Source of the DNA: a virus
Lineage: Duplodnaviria; Caudoviricetes
DNA length: 58,968 nt
Virus record (IMG/VR): IMGVR_UViG_3300037071_002299
Coordinates: 1-58,968 of that record
Direction: 5' to 3' (one strand)
Shown: in pieces, positions 36,229 to 44,819 of the stretch
Layout: each line of letters starts with the position of its first letter
How positions within the stretch are numbered: position 1 is the stretch's first letter
Notes under the pieces: generated by a model
The model's database searches: none
Seen by the model: the letters and a program-made list of their open reading frames with translations, nothing else
What the model was told of the DNA's origin: nothing
Made by a program: the position numbers and the translations under genes

Positions 36229-36438
36229 ATGAGAGCCATCAATCGAGCGATCGAGATTTTCGGCAGCCAACGGGAGTTCGCCGAACGCATCGGCGTCACG
36301 CAGGGACTGGTGTCGCGCTGGGCGCGCGGCGGCAGCGTCCACCAGCGTCACTTCCGCGCCATCCAGAAGGCCACCCGCGGCAAGGTAAAGCCCATTCATC
36401 TGCTGGACGATGAGCTGCGCAGGCCGAACGGCGGGTGA
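36229..36438 (+). CDS. Cro-like HTH regulator
   Basis: FGSQREFAERIGVTQGLVSRW...ATRGKV. Confidence 0.88.
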   Translation: MRAINRAIEIFGSQREFAERIGVTQGLVSRWARGGSVHQRHFRAIQKATRGKVKPIHLLDDELRRPNGG

Positions 36439-36658
36439 GAAAGCCCTGTCAAGACCTTGCGTCGGTGCTGTGACAGGGCTAGGGTTTTCAACCCCCGTGG
36501 GGTCGGTTGCGCTTCGATTCGTCCTGATGTGAAAGAGGCCCCGTTCGCGGAAACGAACGGAGCCTCGGTGTCGACTGATTCCCGGTCTAAAGGAGAGATC
36601 AATCTATGAACACAATACCGAACCGCGCCGACGGTCACAAGACGACCGGGCGGTCGCC

Positions 36659-37459
36659 ATGAGGGCGCGTAACGTCAAACCCGGACTGTTCAAAAATGAA
36701 CAACTCGGCGGCGCCGATCCGCTCTACACCCTGATCTTTGAAGGGCTCTGGATGCTGGCGGATCGTGAAGGCCGGCTTGAAGATCGGCCGCTACGCATCC
36801 ACGCCGAGATCAACCCGTACCGGGCCGCGGACGGAACAATCGCGGCGGTCGATTGGCTCGTCGAGAATCGTTTCGTCATCCGCTACAAAGTGGACGGCGT
36901 GTCCTATCTTCAGATTCTGATGTTCCACAAGCATCAGAACCCTCACCAGCGGGAGTCGCCCAGCGAGATCCCGCCGCCGCCTGGTGGTGTGGACCGTTAT
37001 CTGCACGATCCGGTTACGGCCGAGCAACGAACCAGGATTCTGACTAGAGACGGCACTTGCCGACGGTGCGGGAGTGCGGAGAATCTTGAAGTCGATCATA
37101 TAGTTCCGCTGGCCCGGAGGGGTACATCCGAGGATGAAAACCTGCAGGCGTTGTGCGGTCCTTGTAACCGTCAGAAAGGAGCCAAGCATAGCCTAGGCAA
37201 TGGCAAAGCACAGCCTAGGCACGACCAAGGCACAGCCAAGGCTATGCCGAGCCCGGCTGATTCCGGATTCTCTGATTCCCCCTTCCTGATTCCGGATTCC
37301 TCTCTTCTCCGTTCTTCCTCTTCTGGTGATTTATCACCATCTCCATCTGGGGGGTTGTCAGGGGGGAGAGCGATTAAAAATCGCAACGAGAAGAAGCGGG
37401 CGGTCGACGCTGCCGTCCGTGGCATCGCCCAACAGAAAGCTTTCGGAGGCAAGCCATGA
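36659..37459 (+). CDS. Phage replication initiator-like protein with internal HNH domain
   Basis: RARNVKPGLFKNE..L, GLWMLADREGRLEDRP N-terminus; CRRC...DHIVP...NLQALC..CN HNH. Confidence 0.75.
   Translation: MRARNVKPGLFKNEQLGGADPLYTLIFEGLWMLADREGRLEDRPLRIHAEINPYRAADGTIAAVDWLVENRFVIRYKVDGVSYLQILMFHKHQNPHQRESPSEIPPPPGGVDRYLHDPVTAEQRTRILTRDGTCRRCGSAENLEVDHIVPLARRGTSEDENLQALCGPCNRQKGAKHSLGNGKAQPRHDQGTAKAMPSPADSGFSDSPFLIPDSSLLRSSSSGDLSPSPSGGLSGGRAIKNRNEKKRAVDAAVRGIAQQKAFGGKP
37184..37300 (+). repeat. Iteron-like repeats (putative origin inside initiator gene)
   Basis: GCATAGCCTAGGC / GCACAGCCTAGGC / GCACGACCAAGGC / GCACAGCCAAGGC at ~11-bp phasing, then TGATTCC repeats and a pyrimidine tract. Confidence 0.55.
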
Positions 37460-37734
37460 CGCACTACTCGATGCCCATGACGTCCGAGCAGGAGGCCGCG
37501 CTCGCCGCGATGCCGAAGCTCGAGGGCGCAGTCGTGAATCTGTTCTTCGTTCCGCCGCGCCTGCGGCCCGGGCTGGAGGATCAATGGCGGGAGTGGTGTC
37601 GAGCGCATCCCCGATCGTTGTGGCCCGAGTGGCTGGTCGCATGGGGCGAGTACCGCAAGAGCGGGCAGGCGCCGGGCTACGTCGGGCGGTTTGAAGAGCG
37701 CGCCGAAGGAGGCACATCAGCCGCAGCCCGGTGA
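37456..37734 (+). CDS. Hypothetical protein
   Basis: GGAGG RBS, ATGA overlap. Confidence 0.6.
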   Translation: MTHYSMPMTSEQEAALAAMPKLEGAVVNLFFVPPRLRPGLEDQWREWCRAHPRSLWPEWLVAWGEYRKSGQAPGYVGRFEERAEGGTSAAAR

Positions 37735-37772
37735 CACGTCACCATTGATGTGACATGGCACTGTGCTATACT
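37731..37772 (+). promoter_or_regulatory. Promoter with two GTGACA-NN-TCAC-type operators
   Basis: GTGACACGTCAC, TTGATG-N16-TATACT (extended -10) with GTGACATGGCAC in the spacer. Confidence 0.65.
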
Positions 37773-37800
37773 GGCCTCCATCAACCACGGGAGGCAAGCA

Positions 37801-38331
37801 ATGAACGGCGATCCACGTTACACGCCAGTCGTGCAGGCGCTGCCGGCGACGTTGCCGCCACTCACCCGAGCGGAAGCGCAACGCGCGGCGCGGCGGCTCT
37901 ACCGCCAGTTCCTGACCGCGGAGGACTGTGGCGAGGGCGGGCGCGTTGTGAAGTTCATGGGCAGCGCACGCCGCTGCTGGGTGAGTCCGCGCCCGACCAG
38001 CGGTCACCGCAAGGGCTGGGGCCGTCTGGTTCACGACGTCTCGCACGGGATCTTCCGCTGGCGCTACCCGAAGCTGCGCCCGCACCACGGGCTGCACGCC
38101 AAGCTGGAGGCGGAGATTGCGGCCTACGTGGCCGGCAGCGGCTGGCTCGATGGGGCGCTCAAGCCGAAGGCCAAGGCGAAGTTCTCCATCGACGAGCGCC
38201 GGGCCATGAAGCTCGCCCGCATCGAGCAGCGCCTGGAACGCTGGCAGGCGAAAGAGCGTCGGGCGCAGACCGCGATCAAGAAACTGAAGCGCCAGCAGGC
38301 CGCACTACGACGGGTGACAAGTCACCCTTGA
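37801..38331 (+). CDS. Hypothetical protein (HDxSH motif, basic coiled-coil C-terminus)
   Basis: CACGGGAG RBS; GWGRLVHDVSH. Confidence 0.7.
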   Translation: MNGDPRYTPVVQALPATLPPLTRAEAQRAARRLYRQFLTAEDCGEGGRVVKFMGSARRCWVSPRPTSGHRKGWGRLVHDVSHGIFRWRYPKLRPHHGLHAKLEAEIAAYVAGSGWLDGALKPKAKAKFSIDERRAMKLARIEQRLERWQAKERRAQTAIKKLKRQQAALRRVTSHP

Positions 38332-38357
38332 CGTGACATGGCACCCGGCCTTATAGT
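38314..38357 (+). promoter_or_regulatory. Promoter with two operators
   Basis: GTGACAAGTCAC, TTGACG-N18-TATAGT with GTGACATGGCAC in the spacer; same layout as 37731. Confidence 0.65.
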
Positions 38358-38392
38358 CGGCCATCGGGATTGACAACACACGGGAGATCGAC

Positions 38393-38695
38393 GTGCGAAT
38401 CGAACTGAAGCATCTGAAGTACAACCCGCGCAAGAGCGCCTCCTACCGCGCCTACCAGGCGACGGTACTGATCGACGGCGCCTATGCCGGGGTGGTCACC
38501 AGTGTGGGTGATGGCAGCATCAACGACTACGAGCCGTTCACGCTGCGCCAGCGGCTGAACGAGTACGCCAACACCCTGCCGCGCATCGCGACGGAGTTCA
38601 CGCGCGACGGCACGCCGCTCACCTTCCAGCCCAACTGCGACTACGTGATCGAACTGCTGGTCGAGGCGCGGCTCGCGCAGTGGGCGGCAGCATGA
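38393..38695 (+). CDS. Hypothetical protein
   Basis: CACGGGAG RBS, GTG start. Confidence 0.65.
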   Translation: MRIELKHLKYNPRKSASYRAYQATVLIDGAYAGVVTSVGDGSINDYEPFTLRQRLNEYANTLPRIATEFTRDGTPLTFQPNCDYVIELLVEARLAQWAAA

Positions 38696-38850
38696 CGCCG
38701 CTCACCGTCGCCGAGCGCAAGCGGGCCGAGCGCGATCGGATGCGCAAGCGCGGCTACGTGTTGCGCCAGTTCTGGATTCATCCGAAGGACTGGCTGCGGG
38801 TACAGACGTACCTGCGGCGGGTCAACCGACGCCGCGGTGAGACGTCGTGA
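38692..38850 (+). CDS. Small basic putative DNA-binding protein (52 aa)
   Basis: MTPLTVAERKRAERDRMRKRGYVLRQFWIHP; ATGA/GTGA overlaps. Confidence 0.55.
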   Translation: MTPLTVAERKRAERDRMRKRGYVLRQFWIHPKDWLRVQTYLRRVNRRRGETS

Positions 38851-39071
38851 GCCACCGCTGGCACTACGAGAGCGATGGGGATCGGGGGGCGCGCACGCAC
38901 TATGCCGTGCGCTTCACTGATCAGAATTGCGAGACCTGTGGCCGGTTCCACGGGTTTGAGCGGCGCGACTTTCCGAGCGCGGCCGCGGCACTGAAATTCA
39001 TCGTGCACGAGAACAAGCGCAGCACGCAGATCAATCACGGGAGATCACATGACCACACGCACCAAACGTAA
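38847..39071 (+). CDS. Hypothetical protein
   Basis: GTGA overlap; CETC. Confidence 0.45.
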   Translation: MSHRWHYESDGDRGARTHYAVRFTDQNCETCGRFHGFERRDFPSAAAALKFIVHENKRSTQINHGRSHDHTHQT

Positions 39072-39276
39072 GTGCGGCATCGTCACCTGCGAGAACATCC
39101 TCTCGGCGCGCAGCCGTCTCGATGAATGCCCGCAGTGCCGGGCGAATTTCCGCTACTGGTTAAAGCGCCCGGCACACGTCCGCGTCACGCGCCGTCGCAA
39201 ACTCGCCAAGTACAGCGAGCGGATGGACGTGGTGATCGGCAACGGGGTGACCATCATCCGGAGGAAAGCGTCATGA
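39049..39276 (+). CDS. Small Zn-ribbon basic protein
   Basis: CACGGGAG RBS; C-x4-C...CPQC. Confidence 0.6.
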   Translation: MTTRTKRKCGIVTCENILSARSRLDECPQCRANFRYWLKRPAHVRVTRRRKLAKYSERMDVVIGNGVTIIRRKAS

Positions 39277-39539
39277 CCGTCTCCGGCAAGGTGAACCCCA
39301 AGACGAAGTGGACCCCGACGCGGCGTGCGAAGTTCATCGCCACCATGAAGGCGAAGTCCACCGCGAAGCGCAATGGCAAGGGCGCGCCACAAGCGCACGA
39401 GCGCGTCCACGACGCGATTGTGTGGTTGCGGCACGCGGAGACCAGCGCCACGCGGCGGCTGCGCGCAGGCCAGTTGAAGCGGTTCGATGAATCGCACATC
39501 TACGCGACGCTCGCGCTGCGGGCACTGGAGGGCGAGTGA
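39273..39539 (+). CDS. Hypothetical basic protein
   Basis: GGAGG RBS, ATGA overlap. Confidence 0.6.
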   Translation: MTVSGKVNPKTKWTPTRRAKFIATMKAKSTAKRNGKGAPQAHERVHDAIVWLRHAETSATRRLRAGQLKRFDESHIYATLALRALEGE

Positions 39540-39751
39540 ACATGGCGCGCCATACGGCGATGACGGAGCAGAGTTTCTGTTATTTCCAGATCGGCTTTGC
39601 ACGCGCGCTGCGTCTTCAGCGCATGCTCAATGCACGCGCGGAACTGGACCTTGAGTTACGTGCCGAACTCGTCAAGCAGGCACAGTATTGGCACTCGATG
39701 ATGATGCGCTACCTGAGCGACTTGGAGAGTCCTTCATCGGGTGCCGGGTAG
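39536..39751 (+). CDS. Hypothetical protein
   Basis: GTGA overlap. Confidence 0.45.
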   Translation: MNMARHTAMTEQSFCYFQIGFARALRLQRMLNARAELDLELRAELVKQAQYWHSMMMRYLSDLESPSSGAG

Positions 39752-39805
39752 CCGGCATCCGCGTGAAGCACTTTCGCTTCTGATTCGATACACGGGAGAT
39801 TCCAA

Positions 39806-40342
39806 ATGTTGAGAGCAACGATAGCGACCGCGCTCCTCGCGGTCAGTGGTATGGCGGCTGCGGCGGACGACAGCAAGGGGCTGATGCTTGGCATCGCGGC
39901 CGGGCAGATCGATTACGACTCAGTTCTCGATATCGATGACACGTCAACTGCCTGGAAAGCCTACGCTGGCTACCGCTTCTCGCCGAACTTCACCACCGAA
40001 CTCGCTTACGTCGACGGCGGGGAGTACGGCGGGGAACTGGCGAGCGGTGTGCATGTCAGTGCTGACGTCACGGTCATCCAGCTTTCCGCGACAGGTGGCT
40101 GGTGGTTCAACGACGTGTTCGGTGCCTACGTGCGGGCGGCGTGGAACAACTACGACGCCAAGGTGCGTGCGAGCGCGTTCGGAATGACCGTCAGCGACGA
40201 CGTGAACGAGGATGAACTCGGCTATGGGGTCGGGCTGCAGGTGCTCTATGATCGATCACTGGTGCGCCTTGAGTACGAGACCGCGGACATCGAGGATAGC
40301 GACGTCAGCGTCGTATTCCTGAACGTCGGCTGGCAGTTCTAG
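39806..40342 (+). CDS. Outer membrane 8-strand beta-barrel (OmpA-TM/Lom-like)
   Basis: Sec signal peptide, YAGYRF..NF..EL.Y, GYGVGLQ, RLEYE, C-terminal GWQF. Confidence 0.88.
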   Translation: MLRATIATALLAVSGMAAAADDSKGLMLGIAAGQIDYDSVLDIDDTSTAWKAYAGYRFSPNFTTELAYVDGGEYGGELASGVHVSADVTVIQLSATGGWWFNDVFGAYVRAAWNNYDAKVRASAFGMTVSDDVNEDELGYGVGLQVLYDRSLVRLEYETADIEDSDVSVVFLNVGWQF

Positions 40343-40587
40343 TCATCGGGGGGGTGAGTGGGGGAGGTGGGGCGGCGCCCGGTCAGGGGCGCCGCCCCGG
40401 TTGCGCCGCGCCAACACCTTGCGGTACAAGACGGCTCGATAGCCCACCGTTGGGGGAGAGCCGATGGATCAGTTGCCAATTCGCTACGCCGCCGTCATGG
40501 CGGCGTAGTCGCATTTGCGCCTATGAACAGCAACCCCCGCGCCGGTTTCACGGAGAAGCAGGCACTCGATCTGCACAAGCAACTCCC

Positions 40588-40965
40588 ATGACCGTGTCTG
40601 CGGTCGATGACGTGCCCGATGAAATCGAAGGCCGCTTGGAACGGTGGGGCCATCTGGCTCGAGGCCGCTACGAGGATCTCGGCATCACCGATCGCAGTGT
40701 GCTCGCGCGAATCATCGAGGAAGGCGCGGGTGCCTGCCAAATATCCGATTGGGCAAGCCAGCACCTGCCCGATGACGTCGTAGAAGTAGACCAGGCCATC
40801 GCGCGCCTGCCCAACCGCTATCGACGCGCAATCAAGTTGCACTACATGACCGAACTCGATACGCAAACAAAGGCGAAAGAGATGGACACCTCACGCACCA
40901 ATTTTTTCTTGCTCGTCAACGCCGGGAAGGTCGGCGTCTACATGCGACTGGTCGCACACGTCTGA
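40588..40965 (+). CDS. Q-like antiterminator/sigma region 4-like regulator
   Basis: RLERWG N-terminus, VDQAIARL...IKLHY, C-terminal HTH. Confidence 0.65.
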   Translation: MTVSAVDDVPDEIEGRLERWGHLARGRYEDLGITDRSVLARIIEEGAGACQISDWASQHLPDDVVEVDQAIARLPNRYRRAIKLHYMTELDTQTKAKEMDTSRTNFFLLVNAGKVGVYMRLVAHV

Positions 40966-40986
40966 GCGCGACGCGAGAACTCTGAC

Positions 40987-42303
40987 ATGACATGGCTCGC
41001 CACCGAGGATTTTGAGTCCTACACCGCCACCGCGAACCTGAGCGGTGGCGCGGGTGGTGCGAATTGGTCCGGCAACTGGACCACCGTGACAGGCACGTTC
41101 ACCGTAGAGAACAGTCCGTCGGGCGGCGGTAAGGTCGCGCACAGCAACACGACCAACAGCTCTTACCGCAGGAGTGTCAGCACCGTCAGTTACGGCGGGC
41201 GCATCCGCTTCCGTATGCGTGTGGGTGCGACGCCGAATGATGAAGCGGGTGTATGGCTTGGTGAGTCAGGCACCCCAATTCTGGTCGTGGCGTTTCAGCC
41301 GTCTGGGAAAATTCAGACCTTCGATCATGATACAACGGCGTGGGTCGATCTGGCGTCGTACTCCGTCAACACTTGGTACACGGTCGACATTGAGTGGATT
41401 GGCATTGGCAACACGTATCGCGTCCGCATCGATGATGGCGCGTGGTCGGCCAATTTTGAAGTGTCGGGCTCCACGGTGTCGCCCACCGACGTCGGGCTCT
41501 ACAACTTCGCGACCAACAGCGCCAGCCTGTACGTCGATGACATTCAACCGACGCCGTCGGAGCGCGGCGCATTCAAGGTCGGGCTGTCGCCTGCGTCGCG
41601 CATCCGCCTGCCGGTGGCGTCGCTCGGCATGGCGGTTGATCCAGATACGACCGGCGTGACGGTGACGGGCTGGCTCAAGCGCACGGCGGGTGCCGGCGGC
41701 GCATACAAGCCGGCGATCTGGGGCTCGTTGGTGTCGAGCGGGTATTGGTTCCTCGGCTGGGATTCGGCGGCCTACCCGAGCGAGGACTTCTACATCGAAG
41801 GCTCGGTGCGCGTCGGCGGTCACGAGTCGTTCTCCTCACAGCCCGTGCTCAACGAGTGGGTGTTCTGCGCCTACACGCTGGATATTTTTTCAGCGTTCTT
41901 GGAACACGTCTATTGGTACGACGACGACTACACGCAGCAGGGACATAAGAGTGCTTCTTCCGGCGGCTCGGTCGCGATCGATTACATCGAGATCGGTACG
42001 CAGGACACGTTCAGTGGCGGCATCACGGGCTACGTCGCGCAGGGCCGCGTGTTCGACCGCGTGCTCACGCAGGCTGAGATCGAAGCGGAGATGCAGAGCA
42101 GCTCCCCGGTCCTCACTGCAAATTGCCTGAGCGCGTTTGAGAACGATCCGGGCATCGATGTGACCGGCCACGGCAATGCTTGGGAGGCGCGCATCTATCA
42201 GATCGATCCCGCTGAGTACCCGCCGAACTACGACGAGGAGCCGCCACCGGAACCGGGCGTGCCGAATTGTTACGTCGTGATGAGCAACATACGGATGAAC
42301 TGA
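40987..42303 (+). CDS. Putative virion protein with concanavalin/LamG-like domains
   Basis: EDFESY, NTWYTVDI, YVDDI, NEWVF, FDRVLTQAEI. Confidence 0.7.
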   Translation: MTWLATEDFESYTATANLSGGAGGANWSGNWTTVTGTFTVENSPSGGGKVAHSNTTNSSYRRSVSTVSYGGRIRFRMRVGATPNDEAGVWLGESGTPILVVAFQPSGKIQTFDHDTTAWVDLASYSVNTWYTVDIEWIGIGNTYRVRIDDGAWSANFEVSGSTVSPTDVGLYNFATNSASLYVDDIQPTPSERGAFKVGLSPASRIRLPVASLGMAVDPDTTGVTVTGWLKRTAGAGGAYKPAIWGSLVSSGYWFLGWDSAAYPSEDFYIEGSVRVGGHESFSSQPVLNEWVFCAYTLDIFSAFLEHVYWYDDDYTQQGHKSASSGGSVAIDYIEIGTQDTFSGGITGYVAQGRVFDRVLTQAEIEAEMQSSSPVLTANCLSAFENDPGIDVTGHGNAWEARIYQIDPAEYPPNYDEEPPPEPGVPNCYVVMSNIRMN

Positions 42304-42315
42304 GGAGGATTGACG

Positions 42316-42753
42316 ATGGCTCGACATTCAGTAGCAGGCCGATCCACGATCGCTGGCACAACCGTGCGCGGACAATTTTCATTGTTCGCTGCGGCTGCGT
42401 GTCGGTTGGTCGTGCGTGAAGTCGGAATTTCCAATACCACGGCGACGGCGTTCTGCGCCGCGCTCGCACGCTTCACCAACACCACCGGTCAGGGCACCGG
42501 GCTCACGGAGGCAAAGCAGAATCCAAACGCCAACACCATCCAAGGCACGGCATTCGCCGGACACACGGCAGACCCTGCGATTAGCGATGTGTTTCGTCAA
42601 GCGTCGATTGCAGCGGCCATCGGCGCAGGTTACGTGTGGACCTTCGGCGATGAGGGGTTGATCATCCCGCTCGGTACATCGAACGGACTCGGCATCATCA
42701 TCCCGGTTGGTACTGGGCAGATCACTGACTTCTATATCGATTGGGACGAGTAA
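42316..42753 (+). CDS. Putative virion structural protein
   Basis: GAGGAGG RBS; beta-rich, ends WDE. Confidence 0.6.
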   Translation: MARHSVAGRSTIAGTTVRGQFSLFAAAACRLVVREVGISNTTATAFCAALARFTNTTGQGTGLTEAKQNPNANTIQGTAFAGHTADPAISDVFRQASIAAAIGAGYVWTFGDEGLIIPLGTSNGLGIIIPVGTGQITDFYIDWDE

Positions 42754-42759
42754 TCGTCC

Positions 42760-43497
42760 GTGGCTGATCTTACTTTACCGACGTTTGTTGCGGCTGGCAC
42801 GGTTGATGCGGGTGCGGCGAGCTGCGCGCCCGGCATTCCCGCCGGCTCGCAGCTCAACGACATCATGTATCTGCTTGTCACTACGAAGCGGCACTCGACA
42901 TGGGAGGCCACGGTCCCCGCTGACTGGACAGCAATTGGAACTCCGCAAGCGATTGGCACGGTCGATGGTTCGGCGTCAGTCCAGTTTCAGTCGTATTGGA
43001 AGAGGCACACAGGAAGCGAGTCGGCACCGTCCTGCACCGTCACCACGTCTGATTACATCCTCGCGCGCATCATTTCGATTCGCGGTGCGCCCAACAATGG
43101 AGTGCCGCACGAGGACGTGATTCAGACGACGGGCACAGCGACAACAAGCGTGGATTTTAATACGAATTTCCTCACGGGGCCGAAGCGCCTCATGCTTGGG
43201 TTCATTGCGGGCACGCGCGACGCAACCGCGACGAACACCTATTCGGCTTGGAGTTATGGATCGAACGGCGCGACCGAATGCATCGACAATTCAACGGCGA
43301 CGGGGGATGGAGGCAGCATCGGAGCAGCCTATTCCAGCGACGTGGACTTCGCGATGGCTGCCACTAGCTGGTTTAATGTGACGCAGTTATCGACTGCTTG
43401 GACGGCGACGTCCTTTGGCGTGATGCCGCGCGTCGATAACCTGCTGCCGCCCGTGATCGTGCCGCCGATGCGCGCACCCGGATACAGCAACAGATGA
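42760..43497 (+). CDS. Putative virion structural protein
   Basis: PTFVAAG, PAG...ND, beta-rich Thr/Ser/Ala composition. Confidence 0.6.
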   Translation: MADLTLPTFVAAGTVDAGAASCAPGIPAGSQLNDIMYLLVTTKRHSTWEATVPADWTAIGTPQAIGTVDGSASVQFQSYWKRHTGSESAPSCTVTTSDYILARIISIRGAPNNGVPHEDVIQTTGTATTSVDFNTNFLTGPKRLMLGFIAGTRDATATNTYSAWSYGSNGATECIDNSTATGDGGSIGAAYSSDVDFAMAATSWFNVTQLSTAWTATSFGVMPRVDNLLPPVIVPPMRAPGYSNR

Positions 43498-44495
43498 GCT
43501 ACACCCGCTGGCCGTACAGTGTGCGCACGCGCCCGCTGACGAAGCGGGTACCGCTGATCATTTACGGCCTGTCGATCTCGAGCGGCGACGGCGAGGTCTT
43601 CGACGTTGCACCGGACAACGCGACGCACGGCCATACGGTCAGCTCGCCGACGGTTGTCACCAGTTCGGTCGTCGTTCCTGCCAGTTGCACGCACAGTCAC
43701 ACCGTCACCGCGCCGACGGTGACGGCCAAGTTCGCCGTCGCCGCGGCGAGCTGTACTCACGGTCATACGGTGACCTCGCCAGGTATCGTCACCACGTCGA
43801 ACGTGGTGCCGGCGAGTTGCACACACGGGCACACGGTCACTGCCCCGACGGTCGTGACGAGTGCCGTCGTGGTGCCGGCCAACTGTACGCACGGTCATAC
43901 CGTCACCTCACCGAGCATTGTCACGACGACGTCCGTCGTCCCTGCGAGCTGCACGCACGGTCATACCGTCACCTCACCCGCGGTGGGGATGGGCACTGCG
44001 GTCCTGCCCGCGGGCTGCACGCACGGTCATACGGCGAGTTCACCGACCATCACGGTCGAGTACGGCATCACCCCGGCCAACTGCACGCACGGTCACACCG
44101 TCACTTCGCCCAACATCGCGACCGGCAGCGTCGTGCTGCCCGACGATGCGACGCACGGTCATTTCGTTTCGCAGTCAGCGGTGTGGCTGATCGCGCACGT
44201 CCTGCCCGCGAACTGCATACACGGCCACACCGCCTCGGCCTCGGCGATCGGCACCGGTATGCTCGTGATACCGGCGAGCTGCGTGCATGGTCACACCGCC
44301 ACCAGCCCGATCATTCGCGCCGCCGATGCACGACCGACGGAGTTCTGCGAGGTGGAACCGGAAGCGTGGATGGTTGCCGCCACTGCGGATGACCGGTGGG
44401 CCAGCACTCACAGCGAGATCGTTTTCTATCCGGTGGAGCCGGCGCCGCACTCCGTTGAAGTACTCAACGATGTGGCTTGTCGCGTAAGCCCTTGA
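43494..44495 (+). CDS. Fibre-like protein with 11 x 22-aa (C)xHxH repeats
   Basis: Repeat consensus VVPA(S/N)CTHGHTVTSP. Confidence 0.75.
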   Translation: MSYTRWPYSVRTRPLTKRVPLIIYGLSISSGDGEVFDVAPDNATHGHTVSSPTVVTSSVVVPASCTHSHTVTAPTVTAKFAVAAASCTHGHTVTSPGIVTTSNVVPASCTHGHTVTAPTVVTSAVVVPANCTHGHTVTSPSIVTTTSVVPASCTHGHTVTSPAVGMGTAVLPAGCTHGHTASSPTITVEYGITPANCTHGHTVTSPNIATGSVVLPDDATHGHFVSQSAVWLIAHVLPANCIHGHTASASAIGTGMLVIPASCVHGHTATSPIIRAADARPTEFCEVEPEAWMVAATADDRWASTHSEIVFYPVEPAPHSVEVLNDVACRVSP

Positions 44496-44670
44496 AAAGT
44501 CCGGACTGAAAGTCTATGTTCTATGCCAGCGTCAGATGCTGTCAGTAAGGCCCGCACATGCGGGCTTTTTTATGCCTGTTTGCGTTGTGGTCCTCTGCCG
44601 GGCTGTCCTCGGCCCCGATCGGATTCGCCTGGCCTATCGCAACCGCCCTTTCGGGGGCGGTTCTTTTTTT
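44492..44670 (+). promoter_or_regulatory. Putative late promoter followed by two intrinsic terminators (pR'/tR'-like)
   Basis: TTGAAA...TATGTT; hairpins GGCCCGCA-CA-TGCGGGC+T6 (44549-44571) and AACCGCCCT-TTCG-GGGGCGGTT+T-run (44641-44670). Confidence 0.6.
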
Positions 44671-44694
44671 CCCCTCTCCAATCAGGAGCTTGAG

Positions 44695-44817
44695 ATGGAA
44701 ATGAAAGAACGATGGGAGGCATTCAAGACCGCCGCGAAACCGTACGGGCCGATAGCGATACTGGTCGTACTGGTCTTCGTCGTGATCGCGCTCACCCTCG
44801 GCATCCAGAGGCTCTGA
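44695..44817 (+). CDS. Small single-TM membrane protein (holin/antiholin candidate)
   Basis: AGGAG RBS; IAILVVLVFVVIALTLGI. Confidence 0.55.
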   Translation: MEMKERWEAFKTAAKPYGPIAILVVLVFVVIALTLGIQRL

Positions 44818-44819
44818 TT

